From: an uncultured Acidimicrobiaceae bacterium
Lineage (GTDB): Bacteria; Actinomycetota; Acidimicrobiia; Acidimicrobiales; RAAP-2
Length of the DNA: 64,000 nucleotides
Reading direction: 5' to 3'
Assembly (NCBI GenBank): GCA_963783965.1
Contig: CAWAPQ010000013.1
Coordinates: 367,529 to 431,528 of the forward strand
Within the stretch, counting starts at the first letter, position 1. The number at the start of each line of letters is the position of its first letter. Shown here one piece after another: positions 25,814 to 34,631 of the stretch. The notes under the pieces were generated by a model, which was given only the letters and a program-made list of their open reading frames with translations, was not told the origin of the DNA and searched no databases. The position numbers and the translations under genes were made by a program.

Positions 25814-27199
25814 ATGACCGGCACGCGCCAGCAACGCCTGAGCGCGCGCACGGTGCTGCACGCGCGTGCGGGCACGCTGCCGGACTACGACAGGGCCGGG
25901 CCACCCGTCATCGCCCACCTCGGTTTCGGCGCCTTCGCCAGGGCCCACCTGGCGGTCTACGCTGACGCACTCCTCCGGCGCGGTCATCCCGCGCTGATCA
26001 GCGGTGTCTCCCTCAGGAGCCGGCGGGCGCAGCAGCAACTCGAGCCGCAGGACGGTCTCTTCACCGTCGCCGTGCGGGAGCCGGGTGAGGAGACGACACT
26101 CCAGGTGATCGGTGCACTGACCTCCATGACGACCGGGCCCGCGGCGGCGCTCGAGGCGATGACGTCACCGACCACATCGCTCGTCACGGTGACCATCACT
26201 GAGAAGGGCTACGAAGACAGCGTCGACAGGCCGACGACCTCAGGAGGAGCGCCCGGCACGGCGGCGCTCATCGCCCAGGCGTTGGCCCAGCGCCGCCGGG
26301 AGGGAGCGGCGCCTCCGGTCTTCGCATCGCTCGACAACCTTCTGGACAACGGCGGCGTGCTGCGGGCGCGGGTCCTCCGGGCAGCCGAGGCCATCGATCC
26401 CGCCCTGGCGGCGTGGATCGCCGACGAGGTGTGCTTCCCCAGCTCGGTCGTCGACCGCATGGTTCCTGCGCCCACCGAAGCCAGTCGGAAGGACATCGCC
26501 GACGAGCTCGGGCTCGTCGACGAGGCTGCCGTCGCCACGGAACGCCACCGTTCCTGGATCATGCGGTCGGTCGGCGGGTTGGATCGCCTCGGCGAGGTCG
26601 GCGTGGAGCTGGTCGACGACATTGATCCCTTCGAGCGCCGCAAGCTCTGGCTCCTCAACGAACCGCACTCCGCCGCGGCGTACGGCGGCCTGCTGACCGG
26701 GTGCGCCACCATCGCAGCGGCCGTGGCAGATCCCGTCGTCGCTCGCTTCGTACGGGCGCTCGTCGAACAGACGCTCGAGGTGGCCGCGCTGCCGCCAGCG
26801 CTGCAGCCCGCGGCATTCGCCGACGACGCGTTGCGGAGATTCGCCAACCCGGCTCTGGGCCACACCTGCGTCCAGGTCGGCGCCGACGGATCGAGCAAAT
26901 TGCCCCAGCGCCTGCTCCCCGTCGTGGCGGCCCGACGGGCCAGGTCGCTCGACACCACAACGTTCGCCATCGTGGCGGCCATCTGGATCGCCGGCGTGGC
27001 GGGCGTGGAGGTGCGTGGCGTGGCGCTTCCCCGCCTGCAGGATCCGATCGCCGAGGATCTCCGTGCCGCCGCCCGGTGCGGCGCGCTCGGGGAGCTCAGT
27101 CGCCGCGCCCTCGGGCACACCGCGTTCGCCGCCGAGGTCGCGTCCATGCTGCAGCGGTTGACCACAGAGGGACCGAGGGTGTTGGGGGGTGGGGAGTGA
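25814..27199 (+). CDS. Mannitol-dehydrogenase-family oxidoreductase (fructuronate/tagaturonate-reductase-like)
   Basis: IAHLGFGAFARAHLAVY, TITEKGY, VDRMVP, LNEPHSAAAY motifs of the long-chain mannitol DH family. Start may be somewhat downstream. Confidence 0.85.
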   Translation: MTGTRQQRLSARTVLHARAGTLPDYDRAGPPVIAHLGFGAFARAHLAVYADALLRRGHPALISGVSLRSRRAQQQLEPQDGLFTVAVREPGEETTLQVIGALTSMTTGPAAALEAMTSPTTSLVTVTITEKGYEDSVDRPTTSGGAPGTAALIAQALAQRRREGAAPPVFASLDNLLDNGGVLRARVLRAAEAIDPALAAWIADEVCFPSSVVDRMVPAPTEASRKDIADELGLVDEAAVATERHRSWIMRSVGGLDRLGEVGVELVDDIDPFERRKLWLLNEPHSAAAYGGLLTGCATIAAAVADPVVARFVRALVEQTLEVAALPPALQPAAFADDALRRFANPALGHTCVQVGADGSSKLPQRLLPVVAARRARSLDTTTFAIVAAIWIAGVAGVEVRGVALPRLQDPIAEDLRAAARCGALGELSRRALGHTAFAAEVASMLQRLTTEGPRVLGGGE

Positions 27200-28449
27200 C
27201 GGTGACGCTGGGGGGGCCCGGACGGGTGCTCGAACCCGAGGCGGTTCGCTCGTTCGTGCGCGCCGAGGTCGCCGCACTGGACCTGGCCGGTCGCTCCCTG
27301 TGCGTGGTCATCCCCGACGCCACCCGGAACTGCCCGCTGCCCCTGCTCCTCCGGGCCATCGAAGAGGGAGCCGGCGGACGGACGAGTGCACTGACCGCGG
27401 TGATCGCCCTCGGCACCCACGCACCCATGTCCGACGACGCCGTGGCCGCGTTGGTCGGGCCGGCCTCCCTTCACGTCCGCAACCATGCGTGGTGGGAGGA
27501 CGACACCTTCACGCACGTCGGCTCGTTGTCGGCGGAGCTGGTCGTGGAGCTCTCGGGCGGCCGGCTTCATGACCCGATCGACGTCCGGCTCAACCGGCTC
27601 GTTGTCGAGAGCGACGTGACGCTGCTCGTCGGCCCGGTGTTGCCCCATGAGGTCATCGGCTTCTCGGGAGGGAACAAGTACCTGTTCCCCGGGCTGTCCG
27701 GCCAGGAGATGATCGACGTGACGCACTGGCTCGGGGCGCTGATCACGAGCAGCGAGATCATCGGCACGCGTGGGGTCACGCCCGTGCGGGCACTGGTCGA
27801 GGCGGCGGCCGAGCTGGTGCCCGGCGAGCGCCACGCCCTGTGCGTCGTCGTGGACCACGACAGTGGCGGCCTGGAGTCGTTGTCCTTCGGGGACCCGTTC
27901 GGCGCCTGGGCGGCCGCGGCCGAGGTGGCGGCGGAGACGCACGTCATCTATCTCGACCGCCCGGTGCGGAGGGTGCTCTCCCTCGTCCCCACGCGGTACC
28001 CGGACCTGTGGACGGGGGCCAAGGGCTTCTACAAGGTGGAGCCGGTGGTGGCCGACGCGGGCGAGGTCGTCCTGTACGCGCCGCACATCACCGAGATCGC
28101 GGCGATGCACCCGCGCCTCATGGAGATCGGCTACCACTGCCGCGACTTCTTCCTGGCCCAGTGGGACCGCTACCGCGACGTCCCGCTGGGCGAGCTGGCG
28201 CACTCGACCCATCTGTTCGGCGCCGGGACGTACGACCCCGTGGGCGGGGAGCGCCAACGGGTCCGGGTCACCCTGGCCACCGGCATCCCCGAGGACGTCG
28301 TGCGGCGGGCGAACCTCGGCTACCTCGCGCCCGACGCCGTCGAGCCCTCAGCATGGGCTTCCGATCCCCATGCGCTGGTCGTGCCCGATGCCGGCGAGGT
28401 GCTCTACCGGCTCCGGACAACCCCACCGGCGGGCTACTCGCCGGGATAG
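27196..28449 (+). CDS. LarA-like (lactate-racemase family, DUF2088) putative nickel-pincer-dependent 2-hydroxyacid racemase/epimerase
   Basis: 417 aa. VVIPDATRNCPLP, IALGTHAP, PHEVIGFSGGNKYLFPG and IDVTHW align with the LarA catalytic/cofactor motifs. GTG 27196 overlaps the upstream stop (GTGA). Confidence 0.8.
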   Translation: MTVTLGGPGRVLEPEAVRSFVRAEVAALDLAGRSLCVVIPDATRNCPLPLLLRAIEEGAGGRTSALTAVIALGTHAPMSDDAVAALVGPASLHVRNHAWWEDDTFTHVGSLSAELVVELSGGRLHDPIDVRLNRLVVESDVTLLVGPVLPHEVIGFSGGNKYLFPGLSGQEMIDVTHWLGALITSSEIIGTRGVTPVRALVEAAAELVPGERHALCVVVDHDSGGLESLSFGDPFGAWAAAAEVAAETHVIYLDRPVRRVLSLVPTRYPDLWTGAKGFYKVEPVVADAGEVVLYAPHITEIAAMHPRLMEIGYHCRDFFLAQWDRYRDVPLGELAHSTHLFGAGTYDPVGGERQRVRVTLATGIPEDVVRRANLGYLAPDAVEPSAWASDPHALVVPDAGEVLYRLRTTPPAGYSPG

Positions 28450-29405
28450 ACGACGCCGAGCTCGGCCCGGATGGCATCGAGGGTCGTGGCCAGGGCGATG
28501 GACTCGTCCAAGGGGACCACACTGCTCTCGGTCCGGCCTTCGGCGAGGCAGCGATGCACCTCGTCGATCTCGAAACGGAGCCCGTTGCCTTCGTACGAGG
28601 CGTCGATCCGCTCGACTCCGGCCGCGCTCGAGACGGTGAGGGCGTTCGGACAGTGCATCATTGCCGGGAGATCGATGACGCCATCGGTCCCCGCGATCCG
28701 GGCGGTGCAGGGCATGGCGACCCGCAAGGCGGCCTTGACCACACCCAACCGGTCCTCCGTGTGGTGCAGGAGCGCGGTGACCACCTCGTCGACACCCGTC
28801 TCGCCCACCACCCCGTCGGCGACGACGCGCTCGATCGGCCCCAGGACCAGCGTGCAGAGCTGCACGGGGTAGATCCCGAGGTCGAGCAGCGCCCCTCCGC
28901 CCAGCTCACGAGCGAAGTGCCGGTGATCGGGATCCACCGGCCGGCGGAACCCGAAGTCCGCCTCCACGAGGAGGGGCTCACCGATGCGACCCTCGCCGAG
29001 AACATCGACGAGTGCGCGGTAGGCGGGAAGGAACCTGCTCCAGATGGCCTCCATGAGGAAGAGTCCCCGGCTGCGGGCCTCCTCCGCCATGCGTGCCCCC
29101 TGGCGGGCGTTGAGTGCGAACGGCTTCTCGCACAGGACGTGCTTCCCGGCCTGCAGGAGGGTGATGGTGTCGACCTCGTGACGCGAGTGCGGGGTCGCGA
29201 CGTAGACGACATCCACGTCGGGGTCGCCGGCGAGCGCGTCGTAGTCGCCGTACCGGGTCGGGATGTCGAACCTGTCGCCGAACGCGTCGGCCCGCTCGGC
29301 CGAGCGCGAGGCCACGGCCGTGATGGTGCCCCCCTCGGCCCACTGCATCGCCTCGGCGAAGCCCGCGGCGATGATGCCCGGCCCGATCACGCCCCAGCGG
29401 ATCAC
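28434..29405 (-). CDS. Gfo/Idh/MocA-family NAD(P)-dependent oxidoreductase (dimeric dihydrodiol / sugar 1-dehydrogenase-like)
   Basis: VIRWGVIGPGIIAAGFAEAM..HVLCEKPFALN.. from GTG 29405. The rest of the 866-aa track ORF is spurious. Overlaps the LarA-like 3' end by 16 nt (convergent). Confidence 0.85.
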   Translation of the reverse strand: MIRWGVIGPGIIAAGFAEAMQWAEGGTITAVASRSAERADAFGDRFDIPTRYGDYDALAGDPDVDVVYVATPHSRHEVDTITLLQAGKHVLCEKPFALNARQGARMAEEARSRGLFLMEAIWSRFLPAYRALVDVLGEGRIGEPLLVEADFGFRRPVDPDHRHFARELGGGALLDLGIYPVQLCTLVLGPIERVVADGVVGETGVDEVVTALLHHTEDRLGVVKAALRVAMPCTARIAGTDGVIDLPAMMHCPNALTVSSAAGVERIDASYEGNGLRFEIDEVHRCLAEGRTESSVVPLDESIALATTLDAIRAELGVVYPGE

Positions 29406-29477
29406 CGCGGGACCCCTTCGCCGACGGCCATCCGGCCTCGCATCGGGCCCGTTCCGGAGGCAGGAGACTTCACTGTC

Positions 29478-29491
29478 TGATAACGCTATCA
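29478..29491. promoter_or_regulatory. LacI-type operator candidate TGATAACGCTATCA in the oxidoreductase/xylA divergent region
   Basis: Near-palindrome (6 of 7 arm pairs) with a CG centre. 12/14 identical to TGTTATCGCTATCA at 40120..40133. Confidence 0.5.
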
Positions 29492-29570
29492 TCGGCCACT
29501 GCCTGGGACAACGCGGCGGTGACGGTGGCGGCTCGACGGGGTGCCGGGTGGAAGCCACGACAGGAGGACC

Positions 29571-30728
29571 ATGACCGATCTCTTTGTGCCGCGACCCGAA
29601 GACCACTTCACTTTCGGGCTCTGGACCGTGGGCAACCCCGGCCGTGACCCGTTCGGCGCCGAGGTGCGCGCGCCACTCGACCCGGTCGATTCCGTGCACC
29701 GTCTCGCCGAGCTGGGCGCCTACGGCGTCAGCTTCCACGACAACGATCTCGTCCCGTACGGCTCGTCGCCCAACGAGCGTGACGAGATACTGAAGCGCTT
29801 TCGCCGCGCGCTCGACGCCACCGGGATGCACGTTCCCATGGTGACGACGAACCTCTTCTGGCGGCCGGTGTTCAAAGAGGGCGCGTTCACGGCCAACGAC
29901 CCGCTCGTGCGCCGACTGGCCGTCAAGAAAGCCTGTGAAGCGACCGAGCTCGGTGCCGAGCTCGGTGCCGAGATCTTCGTCCTCTGGGGTGGCCGGGAGG
30001 GAATGGAGGCCGAAGCCGCCAAGGACGTCCGGCTGGCCCTGGACCGCTACAAGGAAGCGATCGATCTCGTGTGCGATCACATTGCGGCGCGGGGCCTTCG
30101 CCTGCGTCTTGCGCTGGAGCCCAAGCCGAACGAGCCCCGCGGCGACATCCTCCTCCCGACCGTGGGCCATGCGCTCGCCTTCATCGGGTCGCTCGAGCAT
30201 CCGGACATGGTCGGGCTGAACCCGGAGTTCGCGCACGAGACCATGAGCGGCCTCTCCTTCTCGCAGGCCGTGGCGCAGGCGTTGTGGCAGGGCAAGCTCT
30301 TCCACATCGATCTCAACGCGCAGCGGATCGGCAAGTTCGACCAGGACTTCCGCTTCGGTTCCGAGGGGATCCGCGATGCCTTCTACGTCGTCAAGCTGCT
30401 GGAGGACGCCCGGTGGGACGGCATGCGGCACTTCGACGCCCACCCGTACCGCACCGAGGATGCCGACGGCGTATGGGACTTCGCCCGCGGCTGCATGCGC
30501 ACGTACCTGATATTGGCGGACAAGGCCCGGCGCTTCCACGAAGACGCCGACATCCGGGAGGCCCTCCGGGTGGCAAAGGTGGCCCAGCTGGGTGAACCGA
30601 CGGCCCCGGCCGGCGGCCTCGACGAGCTGCTGGCCGCGCAGTACGACGAGGACGCGCTGGCCGCGCAGGGCTACGGCCACGAACAGCTGGACCAGCTCGT
30701 CACCGAGTTGCTGCTCGGGGCCCGGTAG
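29571..30728 (+). CDS. xylA: Xylose isomerase (class I, actinobacterial type)
   Basis: [52 protein letters not shown] lies upstream of ATG 29571. Confidence 0.95.
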   Translation: MTDLFVPRPEDHFTFGLWTVGNPGRDPFGAEVRAPLDPVDSVHRLAELGAYGVSFHDNDLVPYGSSPNERDEILKRFRRALDATGMHVPMVTTNLFWRPVFKEGAFTANDPLVRRLAVKKACEATELGAELGAEIFVLWGGREGMEAEAAKDVRLALDRYKEAIDLVCDHIAARGLRLRLALEPKPNEPRGDILLPTVGHALAFIGSLEHPDMVGLNPEFAHETMSGLSFSQAVAQALWQGKLFHIDLNAQRIGKFDQDFRFGSEGIRDAFYVVKLLEDARWDGMRHFDAHPYRTEDADGVWDFARGCMRTYLILADKARRFHEDADIREALRVAKVAQLGEPTAPAGGLDELLAAQYDEDALAAQGYGHEQLDQLVTELLLGAR

Positions 30729-32149
30729 TGCCCCTGGTGGTCGGGGTCGACTCCTCGACGTCGGCCTGCAAGGTCCAGGTACGCGACGCCGACAGCGGTG
30801 CAGTGGTGGCGTCGGGTCGGGCGACCCACCCTTCGACGTCGCCTCCCCGTAGCGAGCAGCACCCCTCGCAGTGGGAGGCCGCATTCCACGCGGCAAGCGC
30901 TCAGGCGGCCCTCCCGGCCCGGGAGACGCCGTCGGCCATTGCCATCGCCGCACAACAACACGGCCTGGTCGTCCTCGACGCAGACGGCGAGGTGCTCCGT
31001 CCCGCCAAGCTCTGGAACGACACGGAGTCCGCACCCGATACCGCCACGCTCCTCTCCGCCCTGCCGGGCGGCCCGGCCGGCTGGGCCACTGCCTGCGGCA
31101 GCGTGCCGCTCCCGAGCTTCACCATCACCAAGCTGCACTGGTTGCGCCGCTGTGAGCCGGAGGCCTTCACGCGTGTTGCCTCCGTCCTGCTGCCGCACGA
31201 CTGGCTCACGTTCCGCCTCACCGGCCGTCCCACCACCGACCGGGGCGACGCCTCGGGCACCGGGTACTGGTCGCCGCGCGGGGACCGCTACCGGGACGAC
31301 CTCCTCCGTCTCGTCAGCAGCGACATCGACTGGGACTCGGTGCTCCCCGAGGTCCTCGCTCCGGACGCCATCGCCGGGGAGTGGCGGGGCGCCGGGATCA
31401 CCGTCGCTCCCGGGACGGGCGACAACATGGCGGCCGCCCTCGGCCTGGGCCTCCGCCCCGGGGACCTCGCCCTGAGCCTCGGGACGAGCGGCACCGCCTT
31501 CACGGTCGCCGACGAGCCGACCGAGGACCCCACGGGAACGGTCGCCGGCTTCGCCGATGCGACGGGGCGCTTCCTGCCGCTCGTCTGCACCATGAACGCC
31601 ACCAAGGTGACCGGCGCCGTGGCCCGTCTGCTCGGCGTCGATCAGGCGCAGCTCGACGCGCTGGCGCTCGAGGCGCCGCCCGGTGCGGGCGGGCTGGTGC
31701 TCGTCCCGCACCTCGACGGCGAACGCACTCCGAACCGGCCCGGTGCGACCGGGACAGTGACGGGACTGCGCACCGACGTGACCCGGGCCCAACTGGCCCG
31801 GGCGGCGATTGAAGGTGTGGTGTGCAACCTGCTGGCCGGAGCCGACGCGCTCGGGCCGGCGAGCCCGCAAGGCACGGTGTTCCTGGTCGGCGGCGCGGCC
31901 CGGAGCCCGGCCTACCGGCGCATCGTCGCGGACCTCACGGGGCGACCCGTTCGGGTCCCGGCCGACGACGAGCTCGTGGCGGCCGGCGCAGCGGTCCAGG
32001 CCGCCGCGGTGCACCACGGTTGCGACTTCGCGCAGGTGGCGGCGGCGTGGGGACTCGGGCGCGGCGAGACCGTCGAGCCGGACGACTCGGTCGACCGCGT
32101 CGCCGTCCGCGCTTCCTACGCCGCCGCGGCGGAGGCGGCCGTGCCATGA
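30728..32149 (+). CDS. xylB: Xylulokinase (FGGY family)
   Basis: VVGVDSSTSACKVQV..PGTGDNMAAALG..GGAARSPAY. GTG 30728 overlaps the xylA stop. Confidence 0.9.
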   Translation: MPLVVGVDSSTSACKVQVRDADSGAVVASGRATHPSTSPPRSEQHPSQWEAAFHAASAQAALPARETPSAIAIAAQQHGLVVLDADGEVLRPAKLWNDTESAPDTATLLSALPGGPAGWATACGSVPLPSFTITKLHWLRRCEPEAFTRVASVLLPHDWLTFRLTGRPTTDRGDASGTGYWSPRGDRYRDDLLRLVSSDIDWDSVLPEVLAPDAIAGEWRGAGITVAPGTGDNMAAALGLGLRPGDLALSLGTSGTAFTVADEPTEDPTGTVAGFADATGRFLPLVCTMNATKVTGAVARLLGVDQAQLDALALEAPPGAGGLVLVPHLDGERTPNRPGATGTVTGLRTDVTRAQLARAAIEGVVCNLLAGADALGPASPQGTVFLVGGAARSPAYRRIVADLTGRPVRVPADDELVAAGAAVQAAAVHHGCDFAQVAAAWGLGRGETVEPDDSVDRVAVRASYAAAAEAAVP

Positions 32150-33624
32150 CCTACCGCAACCCCGTCATTCCGGGCTTCCATCCCGACCCGAGCGTGTGCC
32201 GGGTCGGAGACGAGTACTTCTTGGTGACCTCCTCGTTCATCCTCTCCCCCGGCGTCCCTGTCTTCCGGTCCTCGAACCTGGTGGAGTGGACGCAGATCGG
32301 CAACGTGCTCGAACGCCCATCGCACCTCGACCTCGCGTCGACCTGGAACTGGTCGTCGCTCGGCATCTACGCCCCGACCATCCGCTACCACGACGGCACG
32401 TTCTTCATGATCACCACCAACGTCGGCTCCGCGGGCGTGCGGACGTTTCTCGTCATGAGCGAAGACCCCGCCGGACCGTGGTCGGATCCCGTCCCGGTGC
32501 CGGTCCCCGGCATCGACCCCGACCTGGCCTGGGACCACGACGGGAACTGCTGGGTGCACTTTTCGGGCCTCGGCGGCATCGCCCGCTCCCGCATCAATGT
32601 CAGCACCGGCGCCCTGGTGAGCACGCCGGACCTCACGTGGTCGGGCACCGGGCTGCAGTACCCCGAGTCACCACACCTCTACGAGCGCGACGGACTCTGG
32701 TACCTCCTCATCGCCGAGGGAGGGACGTACGCCGGGCACAGCGTCTCGGTCGCCCGCGGCCCGTCCCCGCTCGGGCCCTGGGAAGGATCGCCGAGCAATC
32801 CGATCCTCTCGCACCGCAGCACCGACTCGCCGATTCAGAACACCGGCCACGGCGACCTGGTGGAGGCCATCGACCGATCGTGGTGGATGGTCTTCTTGGG
32901 TGTGCGACCCAGGGGCATCGGACCCACCTTCCACACGCTCGGCCGCGAGACCTTCCTCGTGCCGGTGCAGTGGCACGACGGTTGGCCGGTACCGGCCGAT
33001 CCCGCGTTGGAGATGACCGCCACGACTCCCGGACTGGTCGAGAGCGTGCAGGCTCAAGGGCGGGAGGACTTCGACGCGCCCACCCTGGGGCCCATCTGGG
33101 TCGGCCTCCGCCGATCCCCCGCGATGATGAGCTCGCTCACGGACCGCCCCGGCTGGCTCGTCCTGCACGGTGGCGAGGCCACGCTTGACGACCCGGAGCC
33201 GACGTTCGTCGGGCGCCGGCAACTCCATCATCACTGCCGGGTCAGCGCGCGCGTCGACGCCGCACCGGCCACGGAGGCCGGGGTAGCCGTCTGGTTGGAC
33301 GGAGGTGCGCACTACGAGGTCGCCGTCCGGGGCGACCGCGTCGTCGCCCTGGCCCGCATCGGATCGGTCCATTCCGTCGTCGGATCGGCACCGCGTCCGG
33401 TGGGCCCCGTGGTGCTGAACCTCGAAACAGGTCCTGACCCGTACGGACCCGACTCGGTCTCACTCGGATTCGACGACGGCTCGGGCACCACACGGACGTT
33501 GGCTCGCCTGGACGGCCGCTACCTCTCCACAGAGGTGACGGGAGGGTTTCTCGGCCGCGTGATCGGGATGTACGCCGTCGGCGGGAAAGCCGCCTTCGAA
33601 TGGTTCGACTACGGAGAGGCGTGA
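32146..33624 (+). CDS. GH43 beta-xylosidase/alpha-L-arabinofuranosidase
   Basis: MTYRNPVIPGFHPDPSVCRVGDEYFLVTSSF..YAPTIRYHDGTFFM..ESPHLYERDGLWYLLIAEGG. ATGA overlap with xylB. Confidence 0.9.
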   Translation: MTYRNPVIPGFHPDPSVCRVGDEYFLVTSSFILSPGVPVFRSSNLVEWTQIGNVLERPSHLDLASTWNWSSLGIYAPTIRYHDGTFFMITTNVGSAGVRTFLVMSEDPAGPWSDPVPVPVPGIDPDLAWDHDGNCWVHFSGLGGIARSRINVSTGALVSTPDLTWSGTGLQYPESPHLYERDGLWYLLIAEGGTYAGHSVSVARGPSPLGPWEGSPSNPILSHRSTDSPIQNTGHGDLVEAIDRSWWMVFLGVRPRGIGPTFHTLGRETFLVPVQWHDGWPVPADPALEMTATTPGLVESVQAQGREDFDAPTLGPIWVGLRRSPAMMSSLTDRPGWLVLHGGEATLDDPEPTFVGRRQLHHHCRVSARVDAAPATEAGVAVWLDGGAHYEVAVRGDRVVALARIGSVHSVVGSAPRPVGPVVLNLETGPDPYGPDSVSLGFDDGSGTTRTLARLDGRYLSTEVTGGFLGRVIGMYAVGGKAAFEWFDYGEA

Positions 33625-34631
33625 CGGGCGACGCGCCGAACCGCCGTCCCGTCATGGCTGACGTCGCCGCCCGGGCCGGCGTGTCCGTCATGACCGTGTC
33701 CCGCGTGCTGAACGGGTTCGCCGGTGTGACCGAGGAGACCCGACTGCGGGTCGAGGAGGCCGTTGCGTCGCTCGGGTACCACGCCAACACCGCGGCACGG
33801 GTGCTGGCCGGCGGCCGCTCACGCACCCTGGGGGTGATGGCCGTCGAGACCGAGCAGTTCGGCCCGTCCCACATGCTCTTCGCCATTGAGGCGGCGGCCC
33901 GCCGGGCCGGCCACGCCGTGACCTTCGTGACGCTGAACCGAAACGGCAGTGACATGGAGGCGACGCTCGACCAGCTGCGGGCCTCGCACGTGCAGGGGGT
34001 CATTGTGGTCGCACCCGTTCGGCGTGTCGTGGAGGCGGCGACCCGGCTTGAGGGCGACATGCCCCTCGTCGTCGTCGGGGGTGACCCCGCCATCGGCGCG
34101 CCCACCGTCACCATCGACCAGGTGGGCGGCGCCCGCATCGCCACGCGCCATCTCCTCGACCTCGGGCACGGCACGGTCCACCACGTGGCCGGCCCGCAGA
34201 CCTGGATCGATGCCACCGCCCGCCTGCGGGGCTGGTCGGATGCGCTGCGCGAGTACCCCGCTCCCGGAGGCCGCTCGGTGGCCGGGGACTGGAGTGCACG
34301 CCGCGGCTACGAGGCCGGCCTGCGCCTGGCCGGGGAGGCGGACGTCACGGCCGTCTTCGCCGCCAACGACCAGACGGCGCTCGGGGTGATCAGAGGCTTG
34401 CGCGATGCCGGTCGCCGGGTGCCCGAGCACGTGAGCGTGATCGGATTCGACGACACGCCGGAGTCGGGGTACTACCTGCCGCCCCTGACGACGGTCCGCC
34501 AGGATTTCGGGGAGGTCGGGCGCCGCAGCGTCGAGCTCCTGTTGTCGCTCTTCGACGGCGAGCTGGTGGAGCGTCATGTCGTCGTCCCGGCGGCACTGGT
34601 TGAACGGGCCAGCACGGCGCCGCCGCGCTGA
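33621..34631 (+). CDS. LacI-family transcriptional regulator (last gene of the xyl operon)
   Basis: VMADVAARAGVSVMTVSRVLNGFAGVTEETRLRVEEAVASLGYHANTAARVL. GTG 33621 overlaps the GH43 stop (GTGA). Confidence 0.9.
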   Translation: MTGDAPNRRPVMADVAARAGVSVMTVSRVLNGFAGVTEETRLRVEEAVASLGYHANTAARVLAGGRSRTLGVMAVETEQFGPSHMLFAIEAAARRAGHAVTFVTLNRNGSDMEATLDQLRASHVQGVIVVAPVRRVVEAATRLEGDMPLVVVGGDPAIGAPTVTIDQVGGARIATRHLLDLGHGTVHHVAGPQTWIDATARLRGWSDALREYPAPGGRSVAGDWSARRGYEAGLRLAGEADVTAVFAANDQTALGVIRGLRDAGRRVPEHVSVIGFDDTPESGYYLPPLTTVRQDFGEVGRRSVELLLSLFDGELVERHVVVPAALVERASTAPPR

